A stretch of DNA of 64,000 nucleotides, from positions 36,415 to 100,414 of the forward strand of contig DAOTUU010000021.1 in assembly GCA_034436555.1 (NCBI GenBank), in the 5' to 3' direction. Both the position numbers and the translations under genes were made by a program. Of this stretch, positions 56,840 through 64,000 are shown piece after piece. The first letter of the stretch is position 1; each line of letters opens with the position of its first letter. Below the pieces are notes generated by a model. That model did not search any database. It was not told the DNA's origin and saw only the letters and a program-made list of their open reading frames with translations. The DNA comes from Chloroflexota bacterium (GTDB lineage Bacteria; Chloroflexota; Limnocylindria; Limnocylindrales; CSP1-4).

Positions 56840-58924
56840 ATGAGGTGGCCCCGATCCCGGCGACGCCTGGCCCTGGGCGTCGGCGCGCTGCTGCTGATGG
56901 GCCTGCTGCTGCTCGCCTACGCGCTGCTCCACCTGTCGGTGCGGCGGGTCATCTGGGATGCCCTGTTCGGCGGCGACTGCACGATGTTCTGCGGCAGCCT
57001 GCGCGTGAGCGCGGAGATCGCCCAGGCGGTCAGCGCGACCTGGCTCATCGGCGTCGCCATCATCGCCGCCGTCCCGCTGGCGGGCGCGCTCGTGCGGACG
57101 GGCCTGGAGCGGATCGTCGCCGCCGGGCTCATCGCGTATGGGCTCATCGCCATCCCCGCCGCGATCGTGGGCTACGCCGGGGACCTCGTGGGCACCCACC
57201 TGCTGAAGCCGCCCGTGGGTCCGCTGCTGGCGAGCCTGCCATCGGTGCTGGCCATCGGCGTCTTCGTGGCGCGCGGCTGGCGACCGTCATGGCCGCGCGG
57301 GGAGACGGGCGTGCGCCTGACCCCCGCCATCGCGATCCTGCTCGCGCTCGTCGTCGCGGCGACCATCGTCCAGCTGGGCATCGCGGTCCACCGCCCCTTC
57401 ACCGGATTCGACGCCCTGGGCTACCACGCGCCGCTGGCGGTGCTGTTCTGGCATGACGGCGGCATCGCCTCGTTCCTGGACCGGTTCGCCGCCTCCGCCG
57501 TGCTCAACCATCCGGGCGGCACGGAGCTGTGGCAGGGTCTGCTGCTGCTCATCGGGGGCGAGCCGCTCGCGATGGGCGGCCAGCTGCCATTCGCGCTGCT
57601 GGGCGGGGCAGGCGTGGCGCTGTTCGGGCGGCGCCTGGGCCTGCGCAACGGGGCCGCCGTGCTGGCCGGCCTGTTGTTCCTGCTCGCGCCGATGGTCACG
57701 GAGCAGATGGGCCACCTCCGCAACGACGTGGTCGGCTCGTCTCTGGTCGTGGTCACCGCGGCGATCCTGGCCGACCGGACACCCGGGACACTCCCCTCGC
57801 GCCTGATCCTGGGATGCCTGGGCTTGGGCCTGATGATGGTCACCAAGCTGTCGCTGCTGCCCGCGGTCGGCGCGCTGAGCCTGGTCGTCCTGTGGCTGCT
57901 CATCCACGAGATCCGCTCCGGCCGGCCGATGGGTCCGGTCTGGAAGGCGTTCGGCATCGGCGTGGCCGTCGCGCTGCTCGCGGTCGCACCGTGGTGGATC
58001 CGCAACCTGCTGGATCACGGCAACCCGCTGTATCCGCTCAACTTCCCGATCGTGGGCGGCGGCGTGCCCTGGGCCAGCCCGCCCGACTCGCGCTACGTCC
58101 CATCGCCGCTGCTGTGGCCCATCTACCCGCTCATCGAGCCGTATGGCCCCGCCAACGGCTTCGGGGGCGCCTACGCGGTGGGCATCATCCCCGGCCTGGT
58201 CGCGGCGCTGTTCCTGGCGCGGCGCAGGCCGCTCGCGATGCTGGGGCTGATGCTGGTCATCACGATCCCCGCGTGGGTGCTCCTCGACCGCCGTGAGCCG
58301 CGGTTCCTGCTGGGCGTCGTCGGGCTCAGCTTCGCGCTCATCCCGTTCGCGCTCGTCGCGCTGCGCCGGCGCTGGCGGGGCTGGGCGGTCGGCTTCCTCG
58401 TGGCGGCGTCCGTGGTCACGGTGGCCGCGCAGTGGATGGTCACCACACCCCGCTATGCCGAGGAACGGATCGCGTTCTACGACCAGGCGTGGGGCGTGGA
58501 CCCGGTCGCGGACGCACTGCCGGAGACGGTCGGGATCCTCGTGGATGACCGGTGCGGCGGCCCCGAGGGTCGCCTCTATCCGTGGTTCGGCGCGGGCCAG
58601 AAGCGACGCGTGGCGCGGGTGGGGTGCAAGGGCACGAGCGCGGAGGACGTCCTGCGACTCATGCGCGAGGAGCGCCTGAGCCACGTGGCGCTGTTCGTCC
58701 CGGAGGCGGACGGCGCCGCGCGGATCGCCACGCTGTACCCGCCAGAGGCGTTCACCGAGGTCAGCCGGTCGATCCGCACCAGCGACAAGGGGACGCGCCT
58801 GCGGGTGCTGCTCCGATGGAACGAGGCGCCCGTCGACCCTGCGGACGATGATGGGTCGCCGGGGGCGGACGCGTCGCCGGGGGCGGACGCGTCGCCGGGG
58901 GCGGACATCCCGCCCGGCGACTGA
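56840..58924 (+). CDS. Polytopic membrane protein, GT-C/ArnT-like glycosyltransferase candidate
   Basis: Many TM segments, FDALGYH loop, ND in helix, PWWIRN and REPRF motifs; C-terminal GADASP repeated three times. Confidence 0.65.
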   Translation: MRWPRSRRRLALGVGALLLMGLLLLAYALLHLSVRRVIWDALFGGDCTMFCGSLRVSAEIAQAVSATWLIGVAIIAAVPLAGALVRTGLERIVAAGLIAYGLIAIPAAIVGYAGDLVGTHLLKPPVGPLLASLPSVLAIGVFVARGWRPSWPRGETGVRLTPAIAILLALVVAATIVQLGIAVHRPFTGFDALGYHAPLAVLFWHDGGIASFLDRFAASAVLNHPGGTELWQGLLLLIGGEPLAMGGQLPFALLGGAGVALFGRRLGLRNGAAVLAGLLFLLAPMVTEQMGHLRNDVVGSSLVVVTAAILADRTPGTLPSRLILGCLGLGLMMVTKLSLLPAVGALSLVVLWLLIHEIRSGRPMGPVWKAFGIGVAVALLAVAPWWIRNLLDHGNPLYPLNFPIVGGGVPWASPPDSRYVPSPLLWPIYPLIEPYGPANGFGGAYAVGIIPGLVAALFLARRRPLAMLGLMLVITIPAWVLLDRREPRFLLGVVGLSFALIPFALVALRRRWRGWAVGFLVAASVVTVAAQWMVTTPRYAEERIAFYDQAWGVDPVADALPETVGILVDDRCGGPEGRLYPWFGAGQKRRVARVGCKGTSAEDVLRLMREERLSHVALFVPEADGAARIATLYPPEAFTEVSRSIRTSDKGTRLRVLLRWNEAPVDPADDDGSPGADASPGADASPGADIPPGD

Positions 58925-58951
58925 CGGCGCGGCCCGGCGCGGCCCGTCCGG

Positions 58952-60367
58952 TCAGACCATCGTCTCCGCGCGCACGATCGCATCGAACTGCTCCGCGCTG
59001 ACGTAGCCCAGCGCCAGCGCGGCCTCGCGCAGGGTGGTGCCCTCGTGGTGCGCCTTCTTGGCCACCTCCGCGGCCCGGTCGTAGCCGATCGTGGGCGCGA
59101 GCGCGGTGACCAGCATCAGCGACCGGCCCACGAGCTCTGCGATGCGGCCGCGGTCCGGCTCCAGGCCGTCCACGCAGAACTCGCGGAACGAGCGGCAGGC
59201 GTCGGCCAGGAGGCGGATCGAGCGCAGCACGTTGGCGATGATCACGGGCTTGAACACGTTCAGCTCGAAGTTGCCCTGGGAGCCCGCGAACGCCACCGCG
59301 GCATCGTTGCCCAGCACCTGGGCGGCGACCATCGTCATGGCTTCCGACTGGGTGGGGTTCACCTTGCCGGGCATGATGCTGGAGCCCGGCTCGTTCTCCG
59401 GCAGGGCCAGCTCGCCCAGGCCCGATCGCGGCCCGGAGCCCAGCCAGCGGATGTCGTTGGCGATCTTCATCAGGCTCACCGCGAGCGTCGTCAGCGCGCC
59501 GCTGGCGAAGACCAGCGCGTCGTGCGCCGCCAGCGCGGAGAACTTGTCGGGCGCGGACACGAACGGCAGCCCGGTGAGCGCCGAGATGCGCGCCGAGGCC
59601 CGCTCGCCGAAGCCCGCCGGCGCGTTGAGCCCCGTGCCCACCGCCGTGCCCCCGATGGCCAGCTCGGCGATGCCCGACAGCACCTGGGCGATGCGCGCCA
59701 GGTTCGCGTCCAGCTGGGCGACATACCCCCCGAACTCCTGGCCCAGCGTGAGCGGCACCGCATCCTGGAGGTGCGTCCGGCCGATCTTCACGATGTCCCG
59801 GAACTCCGCAGCACGTCTCGCGAGGGCGTCCCGCAGCTCGGTGACCGCGGGGATGAGCCGCTCGTGGATGGCGATCGCGGCGGCGATGTGCATCGCGGTG
59901 GGGAACGTGTCGTTGGACGACTGGGACATGTTCACGTGGTCGTTGGGGTGGACCGGCTTCTTGGACCCCAGGACGCCGCCGGCCAGCTCGATGGCGCGGT
60001 TGCTGATGACCTCGTTGGCGTTCATGTTCGTCTGGGTGCCGGAGCCCGTCTGCCAGATGTAGAGCGGGAAGTGGGCATCCAGGGCACCCGCGATGACCTC
60101 GTCCGCGGCGCGTGCGATGAGGTCCGCCAGGTGCGCGTCCAATCGGCCGTCCGCGGCGTTCACCTGGGCGCACGCCTTCTTGAGGATGCCCATGGCATGG
60201 ACCACCTCGATCGGCATCCGGTCGCCTGCCGGGTCACCGATCGCAAAGTGGTGGAGCGAGCGCTCCGTCTGGGCGCCCCAGTAGCGATCGGCGCGGACGT
60301 CGATGGCGCCCATGGAGTCGGTCTCGGTGCGGGTGGCCGCGGCGGAGGTCTGGTCGTGCTGGGTCAT
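58952..60367 (-). CDS. fumC: Class II fumarate hydratase
   Basis: [37 protein letters not shown] and [11 protein letters not shown] motifs. Confidence 0.97.
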   Translation of the reverse strand: MTQHDQTSAAATRTETDSMGAIDVRADRYWGAQTERSLHHFAIGDPAGDRMPIEVVHAMGILKKACAQVNAADGRLDAHLADLIARAADEVIAGALDAHFPLYIWQTGSGTQTNMNANEVISNRAIELAGGVLGSKKPVHPNDHVNMSQSSNDTFPTAMHIAAAIAIHERLIPAVTELRDALARRAAEFRDIVKIGRTHLQDAVPLTLGQEFGGYVAQLDANLARIAQVLSGIAELAIGGTAVGTGLNAPAGFGERASARISALTGLPFVSAPDKFSALAAHDALVFASGALTTLAVSLMKIANDIRWLGSGPRSGLGELALPENEPGSSIMPGKVNPTQSEAMTMVAAQVLGNDAAVAFAGSQGNFELNVFKPVIIANVLRSIRLLADACRSFREFCVDGLEPDRGRIAELVGRSLMLVTALAPTIGYDRAAEVAKKAHHEGTTLREAALALGYVSAEQFDAIVRAETMV

Positions 60368-60462
60368 GGGCGTGATTCTGCGCGTCCCCGCCGACTCCCG
60401 TCGTGGGCGGGCGGTCCGTCGGGGCCCCGGTCCGGACGGTCCGGTACACTGTGGGCCGCGCT

Positions 60463-60538
60463 GCGCCCGTAGCTCAGTGGATAGAGCGTCTGCCTCCGGA
60501 GCAGAAGGCCGTGAGTTCGAGTCTCGCCGGGCGCGCCA
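60463..60538 (+). tRNA. tRNA-Arg (CCG), CCA encoded; probable integration site
   Basis: GCGCCCGTAGCTCAGTGGATAGAGCGTCTGCCTCCGGAGCAGAAGGCCGTGAGTTCGAGTCTCGCCGGGCGCGCCA folds as a cloverleaf, 76 nt. Confidence 0.97.
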
Positions 60539-61210
60539 AAACCACCTTCACCCGCTCCGGCAGCGCGAGTGCGAGTCCGTGTCGCATGACGTCCTCCGTG
60601 AGCTCGACCTCCACGATGCCCTTGTCGGTGACGACGACGCGGTCGTAGACGGTCGCCACCAGGTTCGCACGTTCCGCTTCCCCGCCTTTGTCCCAGGCGA
60701 GCTTGAGGTCGCGCAGGAAGCGGACGATGCGGTCGCCATCGGACATCGAGGCGGCCGGACGGACGTCGACGAGGGCGTCCAGCTCCGCGGTCAGCCGCGC
60801 ATGCTCCGCCAGGTACGCCTCGGTCGTCATCCGTCGCGCCGCGTGGTCGGCGGCCTGCCTCGCGAGGTCCCGCTCGATCGCCCGACGCCGCAGCGTCGTG
60901 TCCACCGGCAGCGGCTCCCCGGCGCGCGCCCGCAGCCTCGCCACCGTCGCGTCATCCACCTCGAGCTGTGACAGCTGGGCCACGATGGGCGCCTCGAACG
61001 TCTCCGCGACGCGCGTCACCGTCGACCACTGCTCGCAGCGCTCGTGGCGGTATCGACGGCGCTGGGCGCCGGACTTGTCCGTGTGGGTCTCGGCGCGGAC
61101 GGCGCGCCCGCACGGGCACCACAGCCGCTTGGCGAGCAGGTGGACCCTGCGCGGATGGCGGCGACCGGCCGTCACGACCCGGCGCGAGCGGACCTCCTCC
61201 ACCCGGCTCC
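60474..61210 (-). pseudogene. C-terminal fragment of a large serine recombinase (zinc ribbon plus coiled coil)
   Basis: SRVEEVRSRR...HLLAKRLWCPCG...RYRHERC, coiled-coil segment, then ERANLVATVYDRVVV. No catalytic N-terminal domain upstream; the frame ends inside the tRNA antisense. Confidence 0.72.
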
Positions 61211-61217
61211 GGTCCGG

Positions 61218-61475
61218 ATGGAGGCCGCGCGGGTCGAGGCCCACGAGCTCGACGCGGTCGCCTGGTCGCCCGTCCGCGCCGACGAGCAGACACTCGACAC
61301 CTGGACCACGGACGGCCCGATCTACCGGGACGTCCCCCGCTGGGAGGTCCGCCGGGACGACGGACAGGGCTGGGACACCGCCACCGATGAGGAGCCGTGC
61401 GACGGGTTCACGGGCGGCAACGCCTGGGGCGCCTGCGCGAAGTGCGGACGCCGCCTCGAGGACCACGCCGCCTGA
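61218..61475 (+). CDS. Small phage-like hypothetical protein, possibly N-terminally truncated
   Basis: MEAARVE...PCDGF...CAKCGRRLEDH with a Cys/His cluster; no clear SD. Confidence 0.45.
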   Translation: MEAARVEAHELDAVAWSPVRADEQTLDTWTTDGPIYRDVPRWEVRRDDGQGWDTATDEEPCDGFTGGNAWGACAKCGRRLEDHAA

Positions 61476-61559
61476 CGCCGAAACCGGGCGCTCGCCCGGT
61501 CCGCCGGAGACCCCGCCCGGCGCTGACGAGGCAGGGGACCAGCCACCAGGAGCACCACG

Positions 61560-61880
61560 ATGGCCACCAAGAAGGACGCCACCGGCGAGACCACCGCCAG
61601 CGGCATGCGCCGCTGCATCGGCAGCACCACGTTCGGCATCGAGACGCACGAGGCGCCGGTCGACGACTTCCCCGTCCAGGCGAGCGCTAAGGACGGGCTC
61701 GGCCGGATGTGTCGCGAGCACTGGACCGCCTACACCCGAGCGCTCCGGAAGGCCTCGCTCGCGCGCAAGGCGGATGTCGGCGAGCCCGAGTCCGCTGCCG
61801 AGCTGGACGCCCCCATCGAGGCGCCTCGCCGAACGCGCCGGACGAAGGCGGCGCCCGAGCCGGAGGCCGTCGCCGGCTGA
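61560..61880 (+). CDS. Small phage-like protein with possible metal-binding motif and basic/acidic tail
   Basis: AGGAG SD upstream; RRCIG...H...DGLGRMCREHW motif; followed by a hairpin. Confidence 0.7.
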   Translation: MATKKDATGETTASGMRRCIGSTTFGIETHEAPVDDFPVQASAKDGLGRMCREHWTAYTRALRKASLARKADVGEPESAAELDAPIEAPRRTRRTKAAPEPEAVAG

Positions 61881-61902
61881 CCCACCCTTCCGCCGCACGT
61901 CG

Positions 61903-61933
61903 GGCCCCGGGCACGAGTCCGGGGCCTTCGTCT
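61903..61933 (+). terminator. Probable intrinsic terminator
   Basis: ggccccgg-gcacgagt-ccggggcc followed by ttcgtct. Confidence 0.55.
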
Positions 61934-62039
61934 GTCCGGTGGCATCCGTGCTCGACTCGGCGCGCACCGCGGCACTCCGCGGCCCTGTCGCGCCCACGGC
62001 CCGACCACTACGATGGGCTGCCTGAGGGAGGGCGATGGG

Positions 62040-62759
62040 GTGGATGAGATCGATGTCGGCAAGGGAGCGATCCTGCGAGGCAAGGCCCTCGAGGACGCGG
62101 CCGTCGCCTGGGTCATGGAGTACGAGCGTCGGGAGGGCCGGGTCCCCGTGGACCGCCGCTACCAGGCCGGCTTCCCCGGGGACATCGAGAGCCCGCCGCG
62201 GCTGATCGAGGTCAAGTCCACGGCGACCAGCTACCGCGGGTGGTTCCTGCCCCTGCAGCCGGTCCAGGTCGAGCACGCCCGCACCGACCCGACCTTCCAC
62301 GTGTATGTCGTCGAGCACATCGGATCGGGGCGGGATACGAGCAAGTTCACCCTGCGCATCCTCGCAGGGGAGCATCTGCGGCGGCTCGCGGAGGCGGCCG
62401 TGGCGAGGACCTCCTACGAGGTCCCGTGGCCCACCGCCGACTACGACGCCACCGCGATTGAGGGAGCCCCCATGCCGGTCGTGGCGCCGCAGGCGACCCG
62501 AGCCGAGGAGCCCATCACTCCCTCGCTGGGGCCCGCGAGCGACGTCGCCATGGCGATCGCCTCCGCGATCCGTGGCCTGGGCGGAGAAGCGAGCGTGCGC
62601 GACATCGAGGCGGCCGTGGAGACGGCTCACCCAGGCCGGTGGCGCAGCCTTGGGACGGCCATCGCCGATCACACCTATCCCGGGTCGCCCTCGTCCCTGG
62701 TCCCACCCGAGCGGCGGATCCTGGTCAGGGTCGAGCGCGGGCGCTATCGCCTGCGCTGA
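62040..62759 (+). CDS. DUF3883 (PD-(D/E)XK-type) nuclease domain with C-terminal winged-helix-like domain
   Basis: GKALEDAAV, GDIES and LIEVKST, then FHVYVVE; the C-terminus reads AIRGLGGEASVRDI...RVERGRYRLR. GGAGG 8 nt before GTG 62040 and TACGAT at 62009-62014. Confidence 0.75.
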   Translation: MDEIDVGKGAILRGKALEDAAVAWVMEYERREGRVPVDRRYQAGFPGDIESPPRLIEVKSTATSYRGWFLPLQPVQVEHARTDPTFHVYVVEHIGSGRDTSKFTLRILAGEHLRRLAEAAVARTSYEVPWPTADYDATAIEGAPMPVVAPQATRAEEPITPSLGPASDVAMAIASAIRGLGGEASVRDIEAAVETAHPGRWRSLGTAIADHTYPGSPSSLVPPERRILVRVERGRYRLR

Positions 62760-63167
62760 AGCCGGCCGACGACCGGGAAAATCGGCGAAACCCGGCCGCG
62801 CGTACACGCTACCCGCGGCGTCATGGCGGACCGACGGCCCGGTGATGTGGGTACCCCACCGGTTGTCCTGCGTTGCGCTCTTCACCCGGTGGTGGCGAGC
62901 GCAGAGACTCGGCAGGTTGGCCGGCTCATCGGTCCCCCCGTGGACCTTGGGCACGACGTGGTCGACGTCGGTCGCCGGACGCCCGCAGGGTCGAGCGTCA
63001 CCGGCGCGCCGCCACTGGCACGCTGGGCGCCGCAGCAGCTGCCGAGCCCGACGCTTCTGCCAGTCGGCGCCGTACCCGCGCTGTGTCGTCGTCCCGCCGC
63101 CGCAGGCGACGCAGCGCCCCGGACGGGAGGTGACCCGCAGGCAGCCAGGGCACGGGTGGGCGGTCAC
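62760..63167 (-). CDS. Phage HNH endonuclease (gp74-like); no in-frame stop, 3' end approximate
   Basis: CPGC...CVAC...RGYGADWQKRR...C...C...ATDVDHVVP...GG.D...NL..LCARHH..K. The GTG start overlaps the holin stop. Confidence 0.8.
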
Positions 63168-63394
63168 GGGCCCTCGGCGTCCTCGCCATCGAGCAGCCGC
63201 TCGACCGTCGCCGGCGCGAACACGCCGGCGCGGATGACGACGCCCGCGACGATCAGCGCGATGGGCCCGAGGACCATCAGGTCCTCGTCTGTCAGCGCGA
63301 ACCAGCGGGCTACGATTGCCAGCAGGATGGCGGCGGGGAAGCTCGCGGTGAGGACGGGCTCCTTCTGCGTGGTGTAGCGCAGGAAACGCTCCAT
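63164..63394 (-). CDS. Holin-like small membrane protein
   Basis: 76 aa, two TM segments, charged C-terminus, directly after the endolysin. Confidence 0.7.
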   Translation of the reverse strand: MERFLRYTTQKEPVLTASFPAAILLAIVARWFALTDEDLMVLGPIALIVAGVVIRAGVFAPATVERLLDGEDAEGP

Positions 63395-63404
63395 CAGTTG
63401 CCTC

Positions 63405-64000
63405 TCAGTTCCGGATCACGGCGAGGACGGCGGTCGCGATGCGCTCCCGCTCGGCGGCGACCTCGTCGGTGCAGACGGCGGGCGGGATTGGTACGGGCCC
63501 GCTGTCCGACACCGCCCTTGTCCGCACCCACGCGGTCCGGGCCTTGCCGTCGAGCACGGAGCTGACGAGGGCGTAGTCGCCGCTCGGATCCTCGCCCAGG
63601 TAGTCGCGCTCGAGCGGCGGGTCGACGACGCCGATGGAGAGGCCACCGGGGTAGTCGAAGAGCTTGCTGCCGTCCCGGACGGTGCAGACCTGTCCGGGGA
63701 CGTAGTCGCGCGTGGACACGTGGCGCACCTCCGTGAAGTCCTTGCCGTGGCCACCCATGGCCGAGAACGCGGCGCGCATCCCGACCGTCTTGCCGGGGCA
63801 CGGCTTGACGTCCTGCCAGTCGCGATGCCCGAGCGGGATGGCTCTCGGGTAGCGGCCCTTGAGCTCGTCCCAGAGCGCGACGATCGAGCGCTGCTGGGCA
63901 TCGCTCGGCCCGTACTTGGCGAAGCCGGCGACCTCGACGCTGATGATCAGCAGGTTCGGGCTGGTGTCCGGCCAGTGCGACCCGACCGCGGCCTTGGCGT
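63405..64000 (-). CDS. N-acetylmuramoyl-L-alanine amidase (Amidase_2-type endolysin), truncated by the right edge
   Basis: Manual translation: NLLIISVEVAG...QQRSIVAL...PLGHRDWQDVKPCPG, then a small C-terminal beta domain. Confidence 0.85.
   Translation of the reverse strand, partial: AKAAVGSHWPDTSPNLLIISVEVAGFAKYGPSDAQQRSIVALWDELKGRYPRAIPLGHRDWQDVKPCPGKTVGMRAAFSAMGGHGKDFTEVRHVSTRDYVPGQVCTVRDGSKLFDYPGGLSIGVVDPPLERDYLGEDPSGDYALVSSVLDGKARTAWVRTRAVSDSGPVPIPPAVCTDEVAAERERIATAVLAVIRN

Larger units (their letters stand above)
60539..64000. mobile_element. End of a decayed prophage-like element integrated at tRNA-Arg, continuing past the window
   Basis: Recombinase fragment abutting the tRNA, HNH, holin-like gene, amidase and small phage-like ORFs. 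The other att site is not in the window. Confidence 0.8.

Noticed and set aside
61210-62765. Invertible cassette flipped by the serine recombinase
   Set aside because: No inverted or direct repeats were found at the two boundaries, and removing or flipping the segment does not restore a full recombinase.

Overview
High-GC (roughly 70% by eye) bacterial chromosome segment. Gene content and style suggest a Chloroflexota or Actinomycetota-like organism; this is inference and no taxonomic marker was checked. Left part: a minus-strand sulfur operon (Rrf2/IscR-type regulator, sufC, sufS, sufU, rhodanese-MoeB, CysO/MoaD-like carrier, cysM) with no sufB/sufD. Middle: mostly housekeeping and accessory metabolism, including a sulfatase, serine hydrolase, MFS transporter, PAS-GGDEF-EAL protein, KamA, an orphan Flp pilin, MMPL plus an AttH/CrtC-type lipoprotein, 5'-nucleotidase, engB, a CoA-transferase, two sulfotransferases, an Mca-like deacetylase, and a FadR-regulated sugar ABC/catabolic cluster. 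Right part: S8 protease, CapA-family protein, tRNA-Asp(GTC), an ltaE-DUF885-HisA-like operon, a stand-alone structured ncRNA of about 145 nt (6S-like candidate) with its own promoter and terminator, a GT-C-like membrane protein, fumC and tRNA-Arg(CCG). Right of tRNA-Arg is the end of a decayed prophage-like element: a large serine recombinase fragment reading antisense into the tRNA, opposite-strand cargo including a DUF3883-type nuclease with a C-terminal wHTH-like domain, an HNH endonuclease, a holin-like protein and an amidase endolysin running off the window. Window-wide patterns are many apparently leaderless genes and many short in-frame tandem duplications near protein termini. Most long ORFs in the supplied track are antisense shadows of real genes. 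All family assignments come from motif recognition by eye; no database searches were run.
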